DNA of 55,744 nucleotides from Gammaproteobacteria bacterium. Lineage in GTDB: Bacteria > Pseudomonadota > Gammaproteobacteria > SZUA-229. Shown here in pieces: positions 9,601-17,953 of this stretch. Both the position numbers and the translations under genes were made by a program. Every line of letters starts with the position of its first letter. The stretch's first letter is position 1. The DNA lies in NCBI GenBank assembly GCA_029881275.1, contig JAOUMX010000003.1, forward strand, positions 1-55,744. Reading direction: 5' to 3'. The notes under the pieces are model-generated. The model was not told where the DNA came from. It worked only from the letters and a program-made list of their open reading frames with translations, and ran no database searches.

Positions 9601-9851
9601 TTTACCAGACCGACCCAGGGCTTGCCGTCTTTTATGGTATTCCATAAATCTTCAAAGGCTTCTGGCGGCATATCAGGATGACGAACCATATTATGATTCT
9701 TGCCAATCAGCTCCGCTTCGGAGAAACCACTAATCTCGATGAAATCGGGATTCACAAACGTCATAATCCCTTTCAGGTTAGTACGCGTTACAAGTAGCGT
9801 ACCTTCCTTCATTCTTACTTCATTATTGGTTACTGGTTCATTGATTCTCAT
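6672..9851 (-). CDS. Multi-sensor methyl-accepting chemotaxis protein. Domain order: Aer-type PAS, TM, NIT-like periplasmic domain, TM, HAMP, Aer2-type heme-PAS, HAMP, MA domain, C-terminal EWEEF.
   Basis: - aa 1-120: [43 protein letters not shown], which I recall as Aer FAD-PAS-like.
- Predicted TM helices lie at about aa 160-181 and 463-482.
- [12 protein letters not shown] is NIT-like.
- aa ~545-660: [33 protein letters not shown], which I recall as P. aeruginosa Aer2 heme-PAS-like.
- MA tip: [35 protein letters not shown].
- The C-terminus ends DDDEWEEF, an xWxxF pentapeptide. Confidence 0.9.
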   Translation of the reverse strand: MRINEPVTNNEVRMKEGTLLVTRTNLKGIMTFVNPDFIEISGFSEAELIGKNHNMVRHPDMPPEAFEDLWNTIKDGKPWVGLVKNRTKSGDYYWVQANVTPMMKNGKVEEYMSVRTPPTREQVSQAEMLYGQMNAGKASLKPSFVQRLNVFKKMKVWQKLSMAGLVFFLVAAALVGTVISMEEEGIRFAKKEIQGVQYLHHVRDVMEHMPKHRGMANAYLSGQKEFKSKVIAQRAIVDEHLNDLREYNQEFAEEFHTEDKLKTIINDWDSLKSETFDLTVQESFKRHTDLLEKLIAFIAYVADQSNLILDPELDTFYLMDILVNRIPVLTEKTGQLRGLGASIINNAGFADGQENRLNKLEVFSHINEEGVNKSMAGAIAANKTIERRLAGVAEKVETALGVFDEDMQKLFRKEFAELDGTDFFNKGTKSIEASFALYDEVSPLLEELLHERIGVLRAAEIQAAVVALLGLLIAVFISWYVTRDLLRALGITMTEFEYLSNGNFARNINIKRIDEIGDLMRALKVMQIKMGFDVNDTRQRGNDMARIKVALDNVNSCVMMADNRGDIIYMNKAVLGMMKNAEAEIRTDLPNFDADKLVGANFDSFHKKPEHQRQLIASLKTSYETRLVIGGRTFDLAANPVVNEKGERLGTAVEWVDRTAEVAVEKEVESIVQAARDGDLDQRISMEGKEGFFKQLAEGINKLIETVAESFEDVAFVMESMSKGDLTNSITKDYTGTYGVVKDSINATIAKLQEVVGKIRESSEFIRNSSEEISAGNNNLSQRAEEQASTLEETASSMEELTSTVKNNADNAVQANQLASGARDLAEKGGNVVKQAVEAMNEITASSNKIAEIIGVIDEIAFQTNLLALNASVEAARAGEQGRGFAVVATEVRNLAQRSATAAKEIKDLISDSGEKVEAGGKLVNESGVTLNEIVDSVKKVGDIISEIAAASQEQSAGIEQVNKAVTQMDEITQQNAALAEEASASSESSLHKATEMNNLVSFFRVDASTAAVSYSPEVQRAPAQRSAPVQKAASKPTQKTTRKAAPQAPVDDDEWEEF

Positions 9852-9918
9852 CTTTATCTTCCTTACCCGGGGTTAGGTCAAATAAAACACTAACGTTAGC
9901 AAAAGTTATTCGTTAAAT

Positions 9919-10455
9919 TTATTCAATGTCATCATGTTCAAATTGCAGAACATCATCTTCAATATTTAAAAGCTTATCTACATCAACCAGCATCAGCATT
10001 TTGTCACTTGCTGTGGCCAGACCCTGTATGTATTCAATTTCAATCGAGGCATCAAAATTTGGTGTTGCCTGGATATCACTCATTTTTGCATTCACAACAT
10101 CTGAAATCGCATCTACAACAACACCCACAATGCGTTTTTTTTCACCGCTTCTAGACATGACCGCCAGCACAACCACCACTGTTGTCGGTGTGTAATCAGT
10201 GGTTGGCAAATCAAAACGTATACGCAAATCCATAATGGGCACAATAGCACCACGCAAATTCAATACACCTTTAACATAATTCGGAGCATTAGGAATTCGA
10301 GTTACATTTTCCCAGCCACGAATTTCCTGAACACGTAGAATATCAACGCCATATTCTTCATTCGCCAGACGAAATGTCAGGTATTCCTCACCATCCTCTT
10401 TCAGATGATAGGCCTGCTCATTTTCTATACCCTCAATGGCCGCTTCTGCTTTCAT
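9919..10455 (-). CDS. cheW: Chemotaxis coupling protein CheW (second copy)
   Basis: YLTFRLANEEYGVDILRVQEIRGWE..VKGVLNLRGAIVPIMDLR is paralogous to the CheW at 6072-6572. Confidence 0.9.
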   Translation of the reverse strand: MKAEAAIEGIENEQAYHLKEDGEEYLTFRLANEEYGVDILRVQEIRGWENVTRIPNAPNYVKGVLNLRGAIVPIMDLRIRFDLPTTDYTPTTVVVVLAVMSRSGEKKRIVGVVVDAISDVVNAKMSDIQATPNFDASIEIEYIQGLATASDKMLMLVDVDKLLNIEDDVLQFEHDDIE

Positions 10456-10467
10456 GTTTTTATTCTC

Positions 10468-12465
10468 TTAATGTCTGACCGACATACGTAATAAGCCGGG
10501 AATATCAAGGATTAACGCCACTGATCCATCACCCAGTATGGTTGCACCGGAAACACCATCAACGCGCCGATAATTTTGTTCCAGTGATTTAATAACTACC
10601 TGTTGCTGCCCCAGCAAATCATCAACAAATAAGCCACAGGGTTTTCTATCCGCCTCAACCACCACCAGCAAGCCATCTTCCAGTGTTTTTGCTTTTGCAT
10701 TTTCAATACCAAATACACGGCTCAAACGCACAATTGGAATATATTCATCACGCAATTTGAATGTTTCACCTTTACCGGCCACCTTGTTAATCATTGACGT
10801 TTTAATCTGGATAGATTCAACAATCGATACCAGTGGAATAATATAAATTTCATTACCAACAATAACTGACTGTCCATCGAGTATGGCCAGTGTTAGTGGC
10901 AAACGAATAGTGAAGGTACTGCCTTTGCCATGTTCCGACTGAATCTCAACTGCACCACCCAGGCTGGTAATATTCTTGCGTACCACATCCATACCCACAC
11001 CACGACCGGATACATCGGTGATTTTTTTCGCAGTTGAAAAACCGGGCTGAAAAATCAGGTCATTAATCTGCTGAGCAGTCAGCTTGGCACCTGCAGGCAC
11101 CAGGCCTTTTTCAATAGCCTTGTTCAAGACCGCATCCTGATCAATACCTTTACCATCATCGGTAATTTCAATGACAATATTGCCACCCTTATGATAGGCA
11201 TTTAAATTAATGGTACCGGTTTCTTTTTTACCGGCAGCAATACGATCAGCCGGCATTTCAATACCATGATCAAGACTGTTACGTACCAGATGAACCAGTG
11301 GATCACCAATTTTTTCTATTAATGTTTTATCAATCTCGGTATTTTCACCGCTCATGATGAGATCAATTTTCTTTCCCATCTGTGAACTCATATCGCGTAC
11401 CAGTCGAGGAAAACGACTAAACGAAAAACTGATAGGCAGCATGCGAATCATCATCACGCTTTCCTGCAGTTCACGGGTATGGCGTTCCAGCTGACCTAAA
11501 CCATCCTGCAACTTTTCCAGATTCTGCATGGAGAAATCTTCACCCAGCAAACTCAGCATGGATTGAGTAATAACCAGCTCACCCACCATATTGATCAGAT
11601 CATCAATCTTGTCGATGCCAACACGTATCGAACTGGTGGCCGATGATGACTGTGTTGATTTTTTACTGTCTGATGCTGTTGCGGCTACTGGTGCAACCGA
11701 TTCAGTAACTGCGGGTGCGGCACTGGTTGCTTCTGCCGCAGGCTGCACTGATGTATCAACTATCGGTGTCAGCGTTAATTTACATTCATCTTCAACCCAG
11801 AGAAAAACATCTTTAATTGCATCCTCAGTAATATTGCCACGTAGCGTAATATCCCATGACAAATAACAGTTCTCAGGTGAAAGCTCGCTAAAAGCCGGTA
11901 ATTTCTGCTGATTAGTTTTGACTTCGATATCACCCATCTCAGCCAGTTCACGAATAATGCGTAACGGGTCATTACCGGTCAGCATCATATTGGCATCCGG
12001 TTCAAAAATGATATGCCAGCCGGTTGTCTCGCTACTGGAACCGGCAGATGCTGCCTGGATAGCAGCAGCACCGCCTGATTCACCCAGAATAAACTCCAGT
12101 TCTGACATTTGTTGCTGGATTTTGTCTGTATCCGGGTTGCTTTTATCCTGCTCACAATTAAGCATCATGCGCAGGATATCAACGGATTTTAATAATGAAT
12201 CAACAGCTTCACGGGTAACCTGTCGGCGACCATCACGCATTTCATCGAGCAATGTTTCCATAACATGAGTGAAATTCGCAATGCCCTGAAAGCCAAAGGT
12301 ACCGCTCCCCCCTTTAATAGAGTGAGCCGCCCTGAAGATGGTATTGATGTCTTCACTGTTCGCAGCGCCCAGGTCAAGCTCCATAAGTCCAGTCTCCATA
12401 ATATCGAGACCTTCGAAACTTTCTTCAAAAAAAACCTGATGGAACTGTTCAAGATCCACACTCAT
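10468..12465 (-). CDS. cheA: Chemotaxis histidine kinase CheA
   Basis: It has an Hpt domain (FRAAHSIKGGSGTFGF), a dimerisation region, an HATPase domain (HLVRNSLDHGIE..DDGKGID..GRGVGMDVV) and a C-terminal CheW-like domain. Confidence 0.95.
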   Translation of the reverse strand: MSVDLEQFHQVFFEESFEGLDIMETGLMELDLGAANSEDINTIFRAAHSIKGGSGTFGFQGIANFTHVMETLLDEMRDGRRQVTREAVDSLLKSVDILRMMLNCEQDKSNPDTDKIQQQMSELEFILGESGGAAAIQAASAGSSSETTGWHIIFEPDANMMLTGNDPLRIIRELAEMGDIEVKTNQQKLPAFSELSPENCYLSWDITLRGNITEDAIKDVFLWVEDECKLTLTPIVDTSVQPAAEATSAAPAVTESVAPVAATASDSKKSTQSSSATSSIRVGIDKIDDLINMVGELVITQSMLSLLGEDFSMQNLEKLQDGLGQLERHTRELQESVMMIRMLPISFSFSRFPRLVRDMSSQMGKKIDLIMSGENTEIDKTLIEKIGDPLVHLVRNSLDHGIEMPADRIAAGKKETGTINLNAYHKGGNIVIEITDDGKGIDQDAVLNKAIEKGLVPAGAKLTAQQINDLIFQPGFSTAKKITDVSGRGVGMDVVRKNITSLGGAVEIQSEHGKGSTFTIRLPLTLAILDGQSVIVGNEIYIIPLVSIVESIQIKTSMINKVAGKGETFKLRDEYIPIVRLSRVFGIENAKAKTLEDGLLVVVEADRKPCGLFVDDLLGQQQVVIKSLEQNYRRVDGVSGATILGDGSVALILDIPGLLRMSVRH

Positions 12466-12493
12466 TCATCATCTCCGACAGTTTTAAAGTTGC

Positions 12494-12856
12494 TTAACCT
12501 AAAACTTTCTTAATTGTGTTTATCAATTGATCAGGGTTAAACGGCTTAACAATCCAGCCTGTGGCTCCTGCTGCTTTTCCCTCTGATTTTTTATCAGCCG
12601 CTGATTCTGTCGTTAGCATCAACATCGGTGTAAATTTGTAATTAGCCTCAGCACGTAAATTTCTGATAAATGTAATACCATCCATTACAGGCATATTGAC
12701 ATCGGTAACTATCAGGTCAAATTGCTGACTTTTGGCTTTAGTTAGTGCATCTTGTCCATCAACAGCCTCGACGACATCATATCCGGCACCTTTTAATGTA
12801 AATGAAACCATCTGGCGCATAGATGACGAATCATCGACTGCAAGTATCTTTGGCAT
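12494..12856 (-). CDS. cheY: Chemotaxis response regulator CheY
   Basis: The 120-aa single receiver domain reads KILAVDDSSSMRQMV..DLIVTDVNMPVMDGI..MLTTE..GATGWIVKPF. Confidence 0.95.
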   Translation of the reverse strand: MPKILAVDDSSSMRQMVSFTLKGAGYDVVEAVDGQDALTKAKSQQFDLIVTDVNMPVMDGITFIRNLRAEANYKFTPMLMLTTESAADKKSEGKAAGATGWIVKPFNPDQLINTIKKVLG

Positions 12857-12954
12857 TCTTTCCCCCTCAAATTAAAACGAACGCAATTGTGCACTAGATG
12901 ATATAGACCAAATTTCATTGATATACCATTAATTAAAGTCATCAACTAATGATG

Positions 12955-12981
12955 CTATCGGCCTTTAAATTAATTTATTTA
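12955..12981 (-). promoter_or_regulatory. Candidate sigma-28 (FliA) promoter for the cheY-led chemosensory operon
   Basis: The minus strand reads TAAATAAA-N11-GCCGATAG against the consensus TAAAGTTT-N11-GCCGATAA. The -10 box matches 7/8 and the -35 box 4/8, with correct spacing. It lies ~100 nt upstream of the cheY ATG in a 222-bp AT-rich spacer. Confidence 0.45.
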
Positions 12982-13078
12982 ATTTTTTTTAAAATAATTC
13001 ATCAGTTAGATAACAATCTTCATTTACATTGTTTTCTGTAAGGTAAATTAAACACATTCAATTTCCGAAGACACTGTT

Positions 13079-14377
13079 TCAGGCATACAAATTAACACCT
13101 GAACCCGAATCCACCGACATAACCCCACTCTGAACCGTGTCAGATGACTGTTCAGTTGCTTCGTCATTCATTAGCTGGGCAACACCAGACGAAAATTTTT
13201 CTGACTGATCCTGTTGCGATTCCGAATATTGCGAAACATCCACATTACCTAGCTGCAATCCCTGCTGCTCGAACATTTCACGCAAACGGGGAAGTGCCTG
13301 ATCAAGGGCTTCGCGTACCGGAGCATGGGCAGAAATAAAACTGATACTGGCTTTATCATCATGAATCGACATTTTGATTTCTAGAGGGCCCAGATGTGCC
13401 GGGTTTAATTTAATTTCGGCATTCTGAAAATTACCCTGCACCATCCAGGCAACCCGCTCAGCCACACCCTGCGACCAGCCCGGGCTTTGTAAAGGCACTG
13501 GAATAGCACTTTTAAACAAAGGTGTATTTGCCATTAGTGCGGGGTCATTCAGACTTGCCGCTGAATTTAAATGCATTGCCGATACCGAGGTCAGACCCGG
13601 CACCTGCTGCATATGACTGGCGGTCGTGATAATTGAAGACACCGATGCGGGTTTTGCATCCAGATGAATAGCACTCTTTACGTCCTCTGATACACCTGTA
13701 ATTTTGCTTTTTAGCGTCATCAATTCCGGCGTTACGGGTGCCTCATCTGCCAGATTCAGAACCGGCGGTTGTTTTTGAGATTGTTGAAAGTCGACACTCT
13801 GTTTGTGACCCGGGATTATCTGTATTGGCCGATGGTTGTCATCAACGGCTGTATCAACCTGCTGCATGTCAACGTTTTTGACCGGCACCTCGATGACGGC
13901 ACTGACAGTAACGGGACTAATATTCGCATCACCCTCTTCCATGACAGGCGGCAAATCACTGCCATCAAACGGCAGTATTTGTTGATGATCAACAGCCACC
14001 TCCAGAGTCTGCTGGTGACGGACTTCCGTATCGACCGGCTGTAGAGTCGCTAACAACACCGCATCATCAACCTCTACAGGGGAGGACTGAACCAGCTCTT
14101 CGGAGGTAATGCCTTTGGCCACAACCGCTTCTTCCGGACAGGATTCAGTACTATCATCTACCGGTGATTCAGAACCAGAAACCTCATCAGATCGCTGATT
14201 TTTATCACTTTTTTCCGATCCCGAGACCTGCTGCGCAACATTGTCCTGATCAATTTGTTCATTCAGATGCTGATCAAAGGATTTGCTGTCCTCTGTTTTA
14301 CTGGCAACATCAGCATGCCGTGGACTGGTTGACGGGGCGGTATCAATTGGCGGGCGATTAAGCGAGCTTATATCCAT
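13079..14377 (-). CDS. fliK: Flagellar hook-length control protein FliK
   Basis: It lies directly after fliJ. The N-terminal two-thirds is disordered and rich in Q, P and acidic residues. The C-terminal domain (NAEIKLNPAHLGPLEIKMSI..ASISFISAHAPVREALDQALPRLREMF) matches the FliK C-terminal pattern. Confidence 0.8.
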   Translation of the reverse strand: MDISSLNRPPIDTAPSTSPRHADVASKTEDSKSFDQHLNEQIDQDNVAQQVSGSEKSDKNQRSDEVSGSESPVDDSTESCPEEAVVAKGITSEELVQSSPVEVDDAVLLATLQPVDTEVRHQQTLEVAVDHQQILPFDGSDLPPVMEEGDANISPVTVSAVIEVPVKNVDMQQVDTAVDDNHRPIQIIPGHKQSVDFQQSQKQPPVLNLADEAPVTPELMTLKSKITGVSEDVKSAIHLDAKPASVSSIITTASHMQQVPGLTSVSAMHLNSAASLNDPALMANTPLFKSAIPVPLQSPGWSQGVAERVAWMVQGNFQNAEIKLNPAHLGPLEIKMSIHDDKASISFISAHAPVREALDQALPRLREMFEQQGLQLGNVDVSQYSESQQDQSEKFSSGVAQLMNDEATEQSSDTVQSGVMSVDSGSGVNLYA

Positions 14378-14415
14378 TGTTCTTGCACCTGAGTTATCTG
14401 TTCAGATACAAATTT

Positions 14416-14430
14416 GCAATATGCGGGCCA
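14416..14430 (-). promoter_or_regulatory. Candidate sigma-54 promoter upstream of fliK
   Basis: The minus strand reads TGGCCC-GCATA-TTGC, with GG and GC at the canonical -24/-12 spacing. It lies between the fliJ stop (14434) and the fliK ATG (14377). Confidence 0.45.
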
Positions 14431-14433
14431 AAC

Positions 14434-14883
14434 TTATGTATCAGGCTTTAAAGAGACTCGCTGTGCATGTTCATCCTGTTCTTTCTGTTCCAGGTATTCT
14501 TTATGGCGATGCTCCTCATGCCGGTATTTCTCGACCACAGAATTGAGTGCATGACTGCGGGAGCGACAGGCCAGCCATAACTGTTTTTTTTCATCACAGA
14601 TTTTCTTTTTAATATCCACTTCCCGGTAGGCGCTATCAATGGTGACCGTCAGATTATCAATAAACATCTGATAATCGCGTACCCGTCTCATTGATATAGA
14701 CTGACTTTGTTGCGTGGCCAGTTGCTGTTTGTATTCTTCACGATAGGACAACAATTGCTGTAGCTGCTGTTCTGAAGCTTCGAGATTTTTTTGTGCTTCA
14801 ACAAAAATACGAACCGCATCCTGCTCATTCCGTTCCGCATGATGGGCAACCGGCTGCATTCGTTTTGAACGAGATTGTTTCAT
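14434..14883 (-). CDS. fliJ: Flagellar export chaperone FliJ
   Basis: It is a 149-aa coiled-coil protein rich in Q, E and R, located between fliI and fliK. LQQLLSYREEYKQQL resembles FliJ. Confidence 0.8.
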   Translation of the reverse strand: MKQSRSKRMQPVAHHAERNEQDAVRIFVEAQKNLEASEQQLQQLLSYREEYKQQLATQQSQSISMRRVRDYQMFIDNLTVTIDSAYREVDIKKKICDEKKQLWLACRSRSHALNSVVEKYRHEEHRHKEYLEQKEQDEHAQRVSLKPDT

Positions 14884-14912
14884 CTATACCACCAACAGCC
14901 TGAAATACCTTA

Positions 14913-16283
14913 TCAGGCCGATTCATTAACGCTCATCTGAGACAGCTTCAACGACGCCAGCTGTGTTAGCTGCTGTTGGCTGGCACTCAGATTCACCGCT
15001 TCATTCATACCCTGCTGCATAAAACCGGCAATCTTTGACTGCATGGCAATGGCTTCATCAATCAGGGAATTAGTGCCTTTCTGGTAAGCACCCACATTGA
15101 TCAGATCACGATTCTGTTCATAAACCGAGTATAGCTGCTTGATACGATGACTGGACTGCAACTGATCCGGTTTTACAATCATTGGCATGACGCGGCTCAC
15201 CGAGGCTTCTATATCAATAGCCGGATAATGCCCCTGTTCGGCCAGTTGTCTCGACAGCACTATATGGCCATCCAGAATCCCCCGTGCCGCATCGGCAATG
15301 GGGTCATTGGTATCATCGCCTTCGGTGAGCACGGTATAGAATGCCGTAATGGCTCCCTGACCGGCACTGCCATTACCGGCCCGTTCCACCAGCTGGGGAA
15401 TACGGGCAAATACCGAGGGTGGATAACCTTTGGTGGCCGGTGGTTCCGATATGGACAGGCCAATTTCTCGCTGCGCCTGGGCAAAACGGCTTAAGGAATC
15501 CATGAGCAACAACACCTGTTTGCCCTGATCACGAAAATATTCAGCCACCGCAGTGGCCAGCATGGCACCGTGCATACGGATTAAGGGTGGCGCATCAGCA
15601 GGGGCGGCCACCACCACAGCTTTTTTCATACCCTGCGGTCCCAGAATATCCTGTACAAATTCTTTTACCTCACGGCCACGTTCACCAATCAGGCCGACCA
15701 CGGTCACATCCGCATTAGTAAACTTGGTCATCATGCCAAGCAGAATACTTTTACCCACCCCGGTACCGGCAAACAACCCCATGCGCTGGCCGCGGCCGAC
15801 CGTGAGCATGGCATTAATAGCTCTCACCCCGACATCCAGGGGCTGTTTGATAGGCTGGCGTAACAAGGGATTAATCATCTGACCACCCAACGGCATGGTG
15901 GTCTCAGCCACCAACGGACCCTTACCATCTAAAGGTCGGCCACGACCATCGATAACACGCCCCAGAAAAGCCTCGGAAATTTTAACTTCACTGGCATGGG
16001 CACCGGGAATAACACGGGCATGAGGTACCAGACCACGGCTGTCGCCCATGGCCATGAGATAGGTTTTATCACCTGAGAAGCCAACCACTTCCGCTTCGAT
16101 ATGATGATTACCGGGGGCAACAATATCACAACTGGTACCGACCGCCGCCTGGCAACCGACCGCTTCCAGCGTTAAGCCCACCATGCGTGTCAGACGACCC
16201 TCCACCACTGGCTCAGGCACATGCAACTGATGTTGCTTCTGGCTTAAATGTTCTAACCAGCGCTGACTACGATTCGTCATCAT
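14913..16283 (-). CDS. fliI: Flagellum-specific ATP synthase FliI
   Basis: It has Walker A GLFAGTGVGKSILLGMM and Walker B VLLLMDSLSRFA. The F1-ATPase beta-like fold and size fit FliI. Confidence 0.97.
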   Translation of the reverse strand: MMTNRSQRWLEHLSQKQHQLHVPEPVVEGRLTRMVGLTLEAVGCQAAVGTSCDIVAPGNHHIEAEVVGFSGDKTYLMAMGDSRGLVPHARVIPGAHASEVKISEAFLGRVIDGRGRPLDGKGPLVAETTMPLGGQMINPLLRQPIKQPLDVGVRAINAMLTVGRGQRMGLFAGTGVGKSILLGMMTKFTNADVTVVGLIGERGREVKEFVQDILGPQGMKKAVVVAAPADAPPLIRMHGAMLATAVAEYFRDQGKQVLLLMDSLSRFAQAQREIGLSISEPPATKGYPPSVFARIPQLVERAGNGSAGQGAITAFYTVLTEGDDTNDPIADAARGILDGHIVLSRQLAEQGHYPAIDIEASVSRVMPMIVKPDQLQSSHRIKQLYSVYEQNRDLINVGAYQKGTNSLIDEAIAMQSKIAGFMQQGMNEAVNLSASQQQLTQLASLKLSQMSVNESA

Positions 16284-16875
16284 AATGGGGCCGATGCTCG
16301 GTTAGCTGATCAACCACCTGCTGGACACGGGTTTCCAGTGTGGCATCAATATGAGACTGATCTGATTCCACCAGGCAGCCACCCTGAGTAACTGATGCAT
16401 CTGCAACATAACTGCTCTGCTCCTGTTCAAGTGCAAGGCCGCTGTGTTTCAACAGTTCGAGATCAGCCGGGTTGAGTCGAATTTTTATGTCTCTGGATTT
16501 AACCGGTAAAAATTCCAGGGCTTCATGAATGATACCCTGAATATGGCTGGCATCGGTGGCACATTCTTTTTTTAACAACAGACGCATAACGGTTAATGTC
16601 ATTTCTGTTAGCTGGGCAACCACAGCTTCATCGAGTTCTTCCAATGGACGCTCCATAAATCGAAACATGCCAAGCAATTGCTCACCCTTCTTGCGGATCT
16701 GCTCCATGCCGGCTTCATAACCATCCTTACGGCCTTCTTCCCAGGCCTGTTTTTGCAAAGCTTCAAGATCTTCAACCGTTTGCGGACCTTTAAGGGTAGT
16801 TTCAGCTCCCAGAATATGCCCTGTTAACTCAGGAACAATCCAGTGCTTGATCTGCGGATCGTCAGAGCTGGCCAT
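16267..16875 (-). CDS. fliH: Flagellar assembly protein FliH
   Basis: It lies between fliG and fliI and overlaps the fliI start by 17 nt. EEGRKDGYEAGMEQ resembles FliH. Confidence 0.85.
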   Translation of the reverse strand: MASSDDPQIKHWIVPELTGHILGAETTLKGPQTVEDLEALQKQAWEEGRKDGYEAGMEQIRKKGEQLLGMFRFMERPLEELDEAVVAQLTEMTLTVMRLLLKKECATDASHIQGIIHEALEFLPVKSRDIKIRLNPADLELLKHSGLALEQEQSSYVADASVTQGGCLVESDQSHIDATLETRVQQVVDQLTEHRPHYDDES

Positions 16876-16913
16876 AATCTTCTCGGCGCGTTTTGATGTG
16901 AAGATAATCTGAA

Positions 16914-17936
16914 TTAAACATACTCTTCTCCACTTCCACCCAGGGAAATATCGCCATCGTCCGCCAGACGTCGTGCAGTGGCCAGAATTTCTTTCTGAGC
17001 CGCTTCAGCATCCGCCAGTCGAACAGGGCCTCGGACTTCGAGATCTTCCTGTAACATCTGCGAGGCACGCTTGGACATGTTTTTAAAGATTTTTTCTTTA
17101 ATGGCAACATCCGCCGCTTTTAATGCCAGGGTCAGGGTTTCAGTTGAAATTTCACGTAAGATAACCTGGATTCCACGATCATCAATTTCCGCCAGATTAT
17201 CAAATACAAACATCATATCCCTGATGCCTTCCGACATTTCAGAATCATATTCTGAAATATTATCCAGAATGGCCGACTCATCGGATGAATCCATGAAGTT
17301 AAGAATATTTGCTGCCGCCCTTAAACCACCCATAGAGGATTGCGCCACATTGGATGATGAACCGGAAAACTGTTTTTCCATAATACTGTCCAGTTCACGC
17401 AAGGCCGATGGCGGAATACCATCAAGTGCAGCAACCCGCATCATAATATCGGGACGCGCACGTTCAGGTAAGAATTTAACCACATCGGCCGACTGGTCCG
17501 GATCCAGATAGGACAGCACAATGGCAATAATTTGCGGATGTTCCAGGCGAATAAGTTCAGCCACCGCTCTCGGATCCATCCACTTTAACGCTTCCAGACC
17601 TTTGTTACCCGTACCCATAAGAATACGGTCAATCATGCTTTTAGCTTTATCTTCACCCAGCGCATTAACCATCATGTCACGGATATAGTCATCGGCACCT
17701 ATGCCCATGCTGGTCTGGTTGTGGACACCGCCAACAAAATCTTCCATGACTATGTCCATCTGTTTTTTGGTAATGTGCTGCATAGCAGCCATGGCAACAC
17801 CAATCACCTGCACTTCCTTGGGACTGAGATGTTTAAGAATAGCCGCTGCTTTATCCGATCCAATAGATAACAACAGAACCGCCGCACGCTCCACACCTGT
17901 GAGAAGTTCAGATGGTTTATTTTTATCCACGGACAA
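16914..17936 (-). CDS. fliG: Flagellar motor switch protein FliG
   Basis: GVERAAVLLLSIG..EHPQIIAIVLSYL..MFVFDNL and the C-terminal torque-helix region are typical of FliG. The protein is 340 aa. Confidence 0.95.
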   Translation of the reverse strand: MSVDKNKPSELLTGVERAAVLLLSIGSDKAAAILKHLSPKEVQVIGVAMAAMQHITKKQMDIVMEDFVGGVHNQTSMGIGADDYIRDMMVNALGEDKAKSMIDRILMGTGNKGLEALKWMDPRAVAELIRLEHPQIIAIVLSYLDPDQSADVVKFLPERARPDIMMRVAALDGIPPSALRELDSIMEKQFSGSSSNVAQSSMGGLRAAANILNFMDSSDESAILDNISEYDSEMSEGIRDMMFVFDNLAEIDDRGIQVILREISTETLTLALKAADVAIKEKIFKNMSKRASQMLQEDLEVRGPVRLADAEAAQKEILATARRLADDGDISLGGSGEEYV

Positions 17937-17953
17937 TCCTGCTTCTACTTTGA

